From a bacterium (lineage in GTDB: Bacteria > Patescibacteriota > Minisyncoccia > UBA6257 > JAGOQP01): a stretch of DNA of 64,000 nt. A program made the position numbers and the translations under genes. How positions within the stretch are numbered: the stretch's first letter is position 1; each line of letters opens with the position of its first letter. The notes beneath the pieces were generated by a model, which was not told the origin of the DNA, made no database searches, and was given only the letters and a program-made list of their open reading frames with translations. The stretch is from positions 54,979-118,978 of the forward strand of contig JAKANP010000001.1 of NCBI GenBank assembly GCA_021812345.1, written 5' to 3'. Below are positions 8,976 to 17,176 of the stretch, in pieces.

Positions 8976-9905
8976 TTGATGATTGACTATTATCAAAGCC
9001 AGAAATTGGAGAAAAAAAGAAAGAGGAAAGCAAAAATTTTTTTTGCTTTGTTTTTATTTATTTTATTGATTATTATCGGCGGTGTGACTTATTTTTTCAG
9101 AAGTCCTTACTCAAAATTAAAAGAGATTAATGTAAACGTCGGCAATCAGGACAAAACTTTTAATGATAATTTAATAAGTTTATATAATTCCGATGCTAAT
9201 GGCGGGAAATATTTCTTTGAAAAAATATTCGGGCAAAACAGTATTTTTACTCCGATTTTTTATTCATCCGACATTATCAATTCAATAGAAAAAGACGTTC
9301 CGGAAATAAAAAATGTTCAAATTACAACAGGTTTTTTATCCAGGTCGGTAAGTATAAATGGATCCATGAGAGACAAATTTGGTCTCTGGTGTCTTGATGG
9401 AAAACAATCCGCTGTCAATAATAGTTCAACTTCTTTATCTCTGCCAACCTCCGGACAGGCGACTTCTTCCGGTTTGACTTCTTCAAGCTCAAGCGATTAT
9501 CTTTTTTTAAATCCTTCCAACTCAATAAAGTGTTTTTGGTTTGATAGCGACGGGGTGGCTTTTATGGAAGGACCCGATACCGAAGGTCAGTTGATTTACA
9601 AAGTGATGGATTCATATGATAACAATATAAATATAGGTCAGACTATTTTAAGAACGGAATTGATTAAAAATATAATTTTGGATTTTAATTTCCTTGATAA
9701 AACCGGGTTGGGATATAAGATTTTGTATCTTTCCGATCCGTCTTTGGAGGAGATCCATACCGATACTTCAATTAAGCCGGTTATTTATTTTAGTTTGAGA
9801 AACGATCCCGGTTATGCTCTCGACGCTTTTTTGAAGTATAAATCGGATTTTATTAAATCGGGATATGTTGATTTAAGAATTCCTAACAGAATCTATTACA
9901 AATGA
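8976..9905 (+). CDS. membrane-anchored protein, possibly FtsQ/DivIB-like (single TM then POTRA-like start)
   Basis: The basic cytoplasmic N-terminus is followed by one TM and then the ...LKEINVNVGNQ... pattern reminiscent of FtsQ POTRA. The similarity is weak and there is a low-complexity Ser/Thr stretch. Confidence 0.35.
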   Translation: MMIDYYQSQKLEKKRKRKAKIFFALFLFILLIIIGGVTYFFRSPYSKLKEINVNVGNQDKTFNDNLISLYNSDANGGKYFFEKIFGQNSIFTPIFYSSDIINSIEKDVPEIKNVQITTGFLSRSVSINGSMRDKFGLWCLDGKQSAVNNSSTSLSLPTSGQATSSGLTSSSSSDYLFLNPSNSIKCFWFDSDGVAFMEGPDTEGQLIYKVMDSYDNNINIGQTILRTELIKNIILDFNFLDKTGLGYKILYLSDPSLEEIHTDTSIKPVIYFSLRNDPGYALDAFLKYKSDFIKSGYVDLRIPNRIYYK

Positions 9906-9909
9906 TTTT

Positions 9910-11820
9910 TTATTTTAGTTTGTAAATAAAAATCGAAGTTCCGGCTCTAGCATAAGGATTCTGATAATTATTTATCCATGGGTAAGAATCTTCCTGGTTA
10001 ATCTGATAGTTGTTAGTCGGATTAGCCTTTGCCGATTCTATTGAGTTTATTGATACCGCATACCAATCAATTCCTTGACTACTCGGATCTCCTTTGGCTG
10101 AATTCCATTCGACTGCTTTATCTTTCAGATAATATTCGACATTTCCTCCGCCAAAATAATCCACTGCTATTTTTTGTATATTATTTTTATCCACAAAATC
10201 TTTTAGCCGCTTAAGATCCTGTCCCCAATCATAATTGGAATCGGTGGCGATTTTATATCCATTCCAAATACCTCCTCCAAAATAATTATAGTAGGAAAGA
10301 AAATACGGATAAGCCGATACGGTATCGGCAATTAACCAAATAGATATTAAAAAAATAGCAAAAATTTTCAAAGATTTTTTTAAAAAAGTTTTAAAAGCGG
10401 ATGAAATTTTATTTATTGTTGAAATATATTCAAAATCCGGTTTTGAGTTAAACCATTTTTTTATTGAACTGGCGGAAAGAATATATAAAAACGGCAAAGT
10501 AGGGAGCACATGCCTAAGACCTATGTTGAGGTTGCTCCTTACGCTATAGAACCAATAAAACAAAACCATTGCAATCATCGAAAATTCGTAGAAATTAAAT
10601 TCAAGATAATTAAACAATCTTTTTCTTTTTTTATCTTTGGCGTTATCAAAAAATCTCTTAATTGCCAGATATAATCCCAATACAATTGTTATTAAAATCG
10701 GTATCGGCTCCTTCGTTAAAAATAATATCGGAAAATAATACCACCATCCGGATGAGCTTATATTGCCCATAAAATAAGAAGTGTTGCCCCCGGCCGCTCT
10801 CTGGATAACCATAAGAATCCCTAAAATATATTGGCCGAATCCTCTTAGTATGGGTTTAGATGACATCCAAATATCAATATCAGCTATGCATCTTAGTCCG
10901 ATTTGATTTGGCAAACATTTTGACCAACTCGGATCCGGTCCTCCCGAAAAAGAATTCAATAAAAAAACGGTATCCGAGTTTTGTTTTGGTATTGGATAGT
11001 TGAATGTAAACAAAACATAAACAGCCCAAACCAATATATAACCGATAACCAAAATTTTAATAAACGAAAGAAAATATTCCCATAAAACTTTCAATGATTT
11101 TTTTGAAAATATCTTATATTCCAATTCGTTTGATTTGAGCCACCATTTGACCAGAGTCAATAACAAAAACAACGGCACCAGAATAACAGTCGAAAATTTC
11201 AGAAGTTGTGAAATGCCAAATACTATTCCCGCTATCCAAAATGTTTTTTTGTTGGGAGAGGTAAGATATTTGGCATAAGCCCAAATTCCTATAAGAAAAC
11301 CCAAAGCGGCGCCAACATCGGTAGTTACATAATGTCCATTAGCTAAAAAATTAGGAGAAAGACCGACAAAAAACGAAGGCAACAGAGCCCAAATCGGCCC
11401 CATGATTTCTTTTGCCCAAAAATAAACCAAGATTATAAAAATCAAAGTTAGAATTATAGGAAACAATCTTGCCAAAAATATTATTAAATCCGCTTTTTGT
11501 CCGTTATCTTTATAAAGAAAATCGGTTCCGGCGTTCCATTGGCTGTTAACATCCGATGTCCATAATGATTGATTGGTTGGAAAATTGAGTCCTAAAAAAA
11601 GAAGCGGAGTTGCCGCAAGCGCTTTTAACAAGGGAGGATGTTCGGGATTCAGGCGATAATCAAGATATCTTACATAACTATAGCCGGCAGGAATGTGGGC
11701 TAATTCATCCATAACGGCGGAATCTTGGCTTGAAACTTTAAGCATTAAAAATCCCGATGAAATTACAATCAAAGATAAAATGATTAAACCAAAAGAATTG
11801 GCGGAAAGCGCTTTTTTCAT
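9910..11820 (-). CDS. GT-C fold membrane glycosyltransferase (PMT/ArnT GT39/GT83-like)
   Basis: 636-aa polytopic protein. The N-terminal first loop carries the DE motif (MDELAHIPAGYSY) typical of PMT/ArnT-type GT-C enzymes. Many TM helices and a large C-terminal extracytoplasmic domain. Confidence 0.68.
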   Translation of the reverse strand: MKKALSANSFGLIILSLIVISSGFLMLKVSSQDSAVMDELAHIPAGYSYVRYLDYRLNPEHPPLLKALAATPLLFLGLNFPTNQSLWTSDVNSQWNAGTDFLYKDNGQKADLIIFLARLFPIILTLIFIILVYFWAKEIMGPIWALLPSFFVGLSPNFLANGHYVTTDVGAALGFLIGIWAYAKYLTSPNKKTFWIAGIVFGISQLLKFSTVILVPLFLLLTLVKWWLKSNELEYKIFSKKSLKVLWEYFLSFIKILVIGYILVWAVYVLFTFNYPIPKQNSDTVFLLNSFSGGPDPSWSKCLPNQIGLRCIADIDIWMSSKPILRGFGQYILGILMVIQRAAGGNTSYFMGNISSSGWWYYFPILFLTKEPIPILITIVLGLYLAIKRFFDNAKDKKRKRLFNYLEFNFYEFSMIAMVLFYWFYSVRSNLNIGLRHVLPTLPFLYILSASSIKKWFNSKPDFEYISTINKISSAFKTFLKKSLKIFAIFLISIWLIADTVSAYPYFLSYYNYFGGGIWNGYKIATDSNYDWGQDLKRLKDFVDKNNIQKIAVDYFGGGNVEYYLKDKAVEWNSAKGDPSSQGIDWYAVSINSIESAKANPTNNYQINQEDSYPWINNYQNPYARAGTSIFIYKLK

Positions 11821-11851
11821 GTTTTTGAATTATACAACAAATTATTTATTT

Positions 11852-12226
11852 ATGTTAATATTGATAAAAATGTTTAAATTTCCCGTTTCTGAAAAATACA
11901 TTTGGACCAGGCATGCTCAAGCTAAAATGGCTTATTATAAGATTTCCCCGTCCCGAGTGAAAAGAATTATAAAAACTCCTAAAAGGATTGAAGAGGGAAT
12001 TGCCACAGGAACCAAAGCTTTTATGCAGCCCATTTCTTATAAATTTAAAGATGGGAAAAAAATATGGAGTCAGGAATATTGGGTTATGGTAGCCGATAAA
12101 AATATAAAAGACAAAAATAAAATTAAAATTATTTCGGCTTGGAGATATCCCGCGGTAACTAAGCCGGGAGTGCCTTTGCCCAAACAAATACTTGATGAAA
12201 TTGCCGAAGCTTTAATTAATTTATAA
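11852..12226 (+). CDS. DUF4258-like small protein
   Basis: YIWTRHAQAKMAYYKISPSRVKRII resembles the H..A..RM..R.I motif of DUF4258. ATG at 11852 is chosen so it does not overlap the convergent upstream gene. Confidence 0.35.
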   Translation: MLILIKMFKFPVSEKYIWTRHAQAKMAYYKISPSRVKRIIKTPKRIEEGIATGTKAFMQPISYKFKDGKKIWSQEYWVMVADKNIKDKNKIKIISAWRYPAVTKPGVPLPKQILDEIAEALINL

Positions 12227-12265
12227 AACTTGTTTTTTAGGGGATTTTATAAGATTATTATAATT

Positions 12266-13528
12266 ATGGAAAATAATAAATTAGTTTTGGAAAAATTATC
12301 TGAAGTTTTTTTTAACCGATTTTTTGAAAATTGGAAAAATATTTCCGTCTCCGACTTTTTGGATTTTTTAAAACCCAAAATAGAACAAGCCATTACTTTT
12401 GATGAATTTAAAAAGCAGATCTCTCTTAAAGAGAAGAGCAATATCAAATTTGGTATCGACCCCACCGGTCCGGATGTTCATTTAGGGCATCTTTTGCCGA
12501 TAATGGTATTAAGGCAGTTTCAGAAAGCCGGTCATCAGATTCATCTTATAATAGGAGATTTTACGGCGACAATTGGCGATCCCAGCGGCAGAAACGACCA
12601 AAGGCCTCCGCTTACCGAAAATCAGGTTAAGATTAATTCCAAAACTTATTTTTCTCAAATCGGAAAATTCATTGATATTAAAAAATCAAAAAAACACAGG
12701 AACTCCAAATGGTTAAACAAGCTTTCTTTTAAAAATATTTTAATAGATTTAAAAAATCTTAATTTTTCGGAAATTATTCAAAGAGAAGATTTTAGAAATA
12801 GGATAAAACAAGGTCATTCTCTAACGATGGCGGAATTATTATACAGTTATGCTCAGGCGATTGATTCGGTTGAAACAAAAGCCGATGTGGAAATCGGCGG
12901 AAGAGATCAACTGTTAAATTTTGCCCATGCTCGGACAATTATGGGCATAAGAGGATTAAAACCGGAAGTTGTTTTAACCACGCCGGTACTCGAAGGAATT
13001 TTTGGAGATGGAAGAAAAATGAGCAAAAGTTTTGGAAATTACATAGCCGTCAGTTCCTCTTCCGAAGATAAATTCGGAAAAATAATGTCCATGCCTGATT
13101 CCGTTTTGACTATGTATTTTAAGGCCTTTACCGATATAAAAGAGTCCGAAATTGGACAACTTGAAAATTTAATCGAATCTAATCCTTTGGAAGCGAAAAA
13201 ACAACTGGCTCAATTTATTGTTTCTATTGAAAAGAAATCATTAAGCGCAGGATTAAAAGAAAGGAAAAAATTTGAGAATAGATTTTCCAAAAAAAATTAT
13301 GATTCCGACATACAGAAGTTGGAATTCAAAGACGGACAATTTTTATTGGAAGTTTTGTCAAATTGCGGCCAATTTAAAAGTAAATCGGAGATATTCAGGC
13401 TTTTTGAACAAAATGCGATTAAAATGGTCAAACCCGAAGAAAGATTTTTCAGCAGAAATGAAATTGCCGTTGAAGGGGTTTATAAAGTCGGAAAGACAAA
13501 ATTTTTCAAACTGGTAATAAAACAATAA
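12266..13528 (+). CDS. tyrS: tyrosyl-tRNA synthetase
   Basis: Class Ic signatures: GIDPTGPDVHLGHL (HIGH), GDFTATIGDPSGR and KMSKS. Length is about 420 aa with a C-terminal S4-like extension. Confidence 0.83.
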   Translation: MENNKLVLEKLSEVFFNRFFENWKNISVSDFLDFLKPKIEQAITFDEFKKQISLKEKSNIKFGIDPTGPDVHLGHLLPIMVLRQFQKAGHQIHLIIGDFTATIGDPSGRNDQRPPLTENQVKINSKTYFSQIGKFIDIKKSKKHRNSKWLNKLSFKNILIDLKNLNFSEIIQREDFRNRIKQGHSLTMAELLYSYAQAIDSVETKADVEIGGRDQLLNFAHARTIMGIRGLKPEVVLTTPVLEGIFGDGRKMSKSFGNYIAVSSSSEDKFGKIMSMPDSVLTMYFKAFTDIKESEIGQLENLIESNPLEAKKQLAQFIVSIEKKSLSAGLKERKKFENRFSKKNYDSDIQKLEFKDGQFLLEVLSNCGQFKSKSEIFRLFEQNAIKMVKPEERFFSRNEIAVEGVYKVGKTKFFKLVIKQ

Positions 13529-13529
13529 A

Positions 13530-14540
13530 ATGAAACTTTCTATTGGAATCGTCGGTCTTCCAAATGTCGGCAAGTCCACTCTTTTTAAAGATTTGACTCA
13601 AAACGATATTTTAATCGCCAATTACCCATTTGCTACAATTGACCCGAATGTAGGCATAGTTCCTGTTCCTGATGAGCGTTTGGATATTTTGGATAAATTG
13701 AGTCATTCAAAGAAAAAAATACCGGCAATAGTTGAATTTTATGACATTGCCGGATTGGTTAAAGGCGCAAACGAAGGACAAGGGCTTGGCAATCAGTTTT
13801 TATCTCACATAAGAGAGACGGACGCCATAGTGCAAGTTGTAAGATGTTTTAACTCCGGAGAAATAATTCACGTTGAGAATACCGTTGACCCAAAAAGAGA
13901 CATAGACATCATAAATACCGAATTGATTTTAAGAGATTTGGACACTGTTGAAAAAAGAATTGGCAAATTGGAAGGGGAAGCTCGAACAGGCGATAAAACA
14001 AAAATAAAAGAACTTGAAATTGTCAGGCATCTTAATAAACAACTTTCTGATAATAAGCCGATTTATTTTTTGGAAAAGGAAATTATAGAAAATCCGTCGG
14101 TCAAATCTTTAAATCTTTTGACGGCAAAGCCTCAAATATTTTTACTTAACGGCAATCAGGAAGATGTCTCGAAAGAACTTGAAGATAAAATAAAAAACGA
14201 ATTAAAATCCGATTATATAATCTCGGATTTGGGAACTGGCCCCGACTTGTCCGTTTTAATTAAAAAAACTTATCAAATTTTGAATTTAATAAGTTTTTTT
14301 ACGACCGGAGAAGACGAAACAAGGGCTTGGACTATTATTAACGGATGGAAAGCGCCTCAAGCGGCCGGAACCATTCATACCGATTTTGAAAATAAATTTA
14401 TCAGAGCGGAGGTGGTTTTTTGGAAAGACCTGGTTGATGCGGGAGGTTGGTCGCAGGCAAAACAAAAAGGCAAGCTCCGTTTAGAAGGAAAAGATTACGC
14501 AATTAAAGACGGAGATGTTATGGTTATCAGGCATGGATAA
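13530..14540 (+). CDS. ychF: ribosome-binding ATPase YchF (Obg-family)
   Basis: SIGIVGLPNVGKSTLF G1 motif. YchF-type coiled-coil insert. C-terminal TGS domain (GWKAPQAAGTIHTDFE). Confidence 0.9.
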   Translation: MKLSIGIVGLPNVGKSTLFKDLTQNDILIANYPFATIDPNVGIVPVPDERLDILDKLSHSKKKIPAIVEFYDIAGLVKGANEGQGLGNQFLSHIRETDAIVQVVRCFNSGEIIHVENTVDPKRDIDIINTELILRDLDTVEKRIGKLEGEARTGDKTKIKELEIVRHLNKQLSDNKPIYFLEKEIIENPSVKSLNLLTAKPQIFLLNGNQEDVSKELEDKIKNELKSDYIISDLGTGPDLSVLIKKTYQILNLISFFTTGEDETRAWTIINGWKAPQAAGTIHTDFENKFIRAEVVFWKDLVDAGGWSQAKQKGKLRLEGKDYAIKDGDVMVIRHG

Positions 14541-14558
14541 AAAATTAATAAAATACTC

Positions 14559-14831
14559 ATGAGCAGAATTTTAAGGAATATAAATAATGAACTTCCGCCA
14601 AAAATTTCAAACGAAAAAGAAGTTTTGGAATTGGTTGAAAATATAAAACAAAAATTTAAAACCGACGATATTGTCAAAATAAATTCGGGCAATGAAGATG
14701 ATGTCTGGAAATTTTTATATGTGGCGACTAAAAATGATTTTGGAAGAGTGGATCCTAAAGTGGTGGTTATGAATCAAAACGAGGAAAGAATGATCATCAA
14801 CCCCAAAGATTTTTTGGATTATCAAAAATAA
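14559..14831 (+). CDS. hypothetical protein (90 aa)
   Basis: ORF with protein-like composition in a coding-dense context. No recognisable motif. Confidence 0.35.
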   Translation: MSRILRNINNELPPKISNEKEVLELVENIKQKFKTDDIVKINSGNEDDVWKFLYVATKNDFGRVDPKVVVMNQNEERMIINPKDFLDYQK

Positions 14832-14899
14832 TTTTTTACTCTTGAAATTTAAAATTTTTTTAAGTAGTATTATTTTTCGCGCAAAGGAGGAAATAACAC

Positions 14900-15157
14900 T
14901 TGCCCGAACAAAAAGAAGTGAAGATGGTTTTTAATTTTCTTCCTTCCGGCACTTCAAGCTGGCTGGAATCAAAATGTCATTGTCCAAATTGCGGAAGTTT
15001 TCTTTTGCAATATCCCAATGATTCAAGAATTATGGCATGTAATAGCCATCATTGCCTTTGTCTTTATGGCAACAAGGATATGGATGTTGAAACCTGCCGT
15101 CAGAAAATTAAAGAAATTTTCGGCAATTCGATATTCCCGAGTATTGTATTTGTTTAA
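14900..15157 (+). CDS. small Cys/His-rich protein (putative zinc ribbon), TTG start
   Basis: AAGGAGG lies 9 nt upstream of TTG. CHCPNCG...CNSHHCLC cluster. Confidence 0.3.
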   Translation: MPEQKEVKMVFNFLPSGTSSWLESKCHCPNCGSFLLQYPNDSRIMACNSHHCLCLYGNKDMDVETCRQKIKEIFGNSIFPSIVFV

Positions 15158-15174
15158 CGCGAAAAATTGCACAC

Positions 15175-15203
15175 AAACCCTTTTAAAAAGGGTTTTTATT
15201 TTG
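15175..15203. terminator. Bidirectional terminator between convergent genes
   Basis: aaaccctttt a aaaagggttt hairpin flanked by T-runs on both strands. Confidence 0.4.
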
Positions 15204-16755
15204 GCTCAAGATATAAAACAACGGCATTTTTATCGTTGATTTCTTTTTCTTGAGATGGAAGTAAATAATAAATATTTTTCTCTTTTTGTTTTTCTTGAGT
15301 AAAGGTGTCGGTTATAAACATAATTGTTTCTGCCGGCATCGGTATTCCGTTCACCAAAACTCCATCGGCATTAACAATTACATATTTTTTGATGCTTTGC
15401 GGCATTTGATTCAGTTGATTGCCAAGCTGAACATAGTTTTCACTGAAAGCGTTGGCAACGTTGGGATTTTGCGCCCAAAAAATAAAATAGCTCGCATAAG
15501 ATTGAAAGATCAAAAATACTCCCACAATAATCAGAGTTGCGTAAAAAATTTTTTCTTGAGAACATTTCTTTTGAAAATAATTTATAAAAGCCAGAGCGCC
15601 CAATCCGGCAAGCATATATGACGGGGGAATCATAAGGATTGAACGTAAAGCGTGCGGAATTGATTCGTTTGAAAATACGACCGGCAACATTGCCATAAAC
15701 ATCCAAAATATCAATATCCACCAAAAAAATTCAAATTCTTTATTTTTTTCCGATTCCTCGCTTTCATCTTGTTTTTCGCTTAAATTAATAGCAGACGATT
15801 TGATTTTAGGAATCAATGAAAATATTCCGATTATAAAAAATATTCCGACAAACCAATATATTTCCGGGGATCCGGAAATATTGTGCCTCCAATTTGAATC
15901 TCCCTTAAAATCGAACATTCCCAAAGTTTTTATTATATTGGATGATAAATCCTTTAATGGAGATGCGGACGAAGTGATGGATATTTCGGACGTTCTTCCA
16001 AAAAAGTCTCCCGGATTTTTTATAAAATATATTCCCAAAGGAGAAAATACAATCAATGAAGCTATAACGTAAAAAGCAAAACTTGTAAAAATTTTTTTAA
16101 AATCTATTTTATAAATCCATTTATACAGCAAATAAATAAATATGATCAGAATCGGAGTGGCTCTGTAGGCGATATAAGAATACATTCCCAGTCCATAAAT
16201 GCTTCCTCCCAAAACACTCATTAAAATTATTTTTTTGTAATTTATTTTCTGTTCTTTTAATAATTCAAGCGATAAAATCAGTAAATAAATTCCCCACACC
16301 AATATTGCCGGCGCCATTATCGCTCTAAATCCCATTCTTGAAAAATCAACATGCCAAAAACTGATGGCGGTAAAAAACGAAGACAAAAAAGCCACCAAAT
16401 GGGAATATTTTCTTTTTCTGAAGATGTATTGAGTTAAAAGATAAATTCCTAAAATTGTTATCACTCCCCAAAAAGCGCTCTCGCTTCGCAACACCCAAGG
16501 AGCATGAACTTTAAAAATATATAACAAAAATGACTGAATATTGATAAATAATCCTTCCCGCCCGTTATTTTCAGGATAAAAAACTTTGTAATCTCCCGTG
16601 GATAGAGCTTGTGAGGCATTATTTCCGTTGATTGCTTCATCGGGATAGAGTCCCGGCGGAGTAATCGATAAATTGTAGAATCTAAAAAAGATTGCTATAA
16701 TTAAAACCGTAATAAGCCCATATTTTCTGAAGAAAGAATAAAATTTTTCGTTCAT
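15196..16755 (-). CDS. GT-C fold membrane glycosyltransferase (ArnT/PMT_2-like)
   Basis: 519-aa polytopic protein. The first periplasmic loop has YPDEAINGNNA and NNGREGLF motifs typical of ArnT/PMT_2 family transferases. Confidence 0.7.
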   Translation of the reverse strand: MNEKFYSFFRKYGLITVLIIAIFFRFYNLSITPPGLYPDEAINGNNASQALSTGDYKVFYPENNGREGLFINIQSFLLYIFKVHAPWVLRSESAFWGVITILGIYLLTQYIFRKRKYSHLVAFLSSFFTAISFWHVDFSRMGFRAIMAPAILVWGIYLLILSLELLKEQKINYKKIILMSVLGGSIYGLGMYSYIAYRATPILIIFIYLLYKWIYKIDFKKIFTSFAFYVIASLIVFSPLGIYFIKNPGDFFGRTSEISITSSASPLKDLSSNIIKTLGMFDFKGDSNWRHNISGSPEIYWFVGIFFIIGIFSLIPKIKSSAINLSEKQDESEESEKNKEFEFFWWILIFWMFMAMLPVVFSNESIPHALRSILMIPPSYMLAGLGALAFINYFQKKCSQEKIFYATLIIVGVFLIFQSYASYFIFWAQNPNVANAFSENYVQLGNQLNQMPQSIKKYVIVNADGVLVNGIPMPAETIMFITDTFTQEKQKEKNIYYLLPSQEKEINDKNAVVLYLEPK

Positions 16756-16780
16756 ACAATAAATTTATATAATAAAACTT

Positions 16781-17176
16781 ATGGATTCAAATATTGTTCA
16801 TAATATCAATTATCACGAGTTGGCTCAAGAAGTTAATGTTAAAAAAGAAGCCTCTCCCGAATTGTCGCATAAAGAAATAGTATCGAATGTTTTGGAAAAA
16901 AGCGGAATGCCTCCGATGTCTCAGCCAATTACGCCCGCTCCTTCGGTAACTCAATCTTCAAACAAAAACGATGATTCAATTTTGCCGGATTATGCGAAGA
17001 AATCCGATCCGGGTATTCAAAATAAAATTCAACATTTGGTGTCTTTAACTTTGGAAAAGGGATTGAAAGAGGGAATTAATTTTGCAAAAAAAGAGGATCC
17101 ATTTGTCATGGACGCCTATCACGATTCTCTTTCGGATGTTTTGGTTGATGAAATGAAAAAAAGAAAACTTATATAA
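16781..17176 (+). CDS. hypothetical protein, translationally coupled to the downstream ATPase
   Basis: Its stop overlaps the start of the next gene at 17176. No recognisable domain. Confidence 0.4.
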   Translation: MDSNIVHNINYHELAQEVNVKKEASPELSHKEIVSNVLEKSGMPPMSQPITPAPSVTQSSNKNDDSILPDYAKKSDPGIQNKIQHLVSLTLEKGLKEGINFAKKEDPFVMDAYHDSLSDVLVDEMKKRKLI

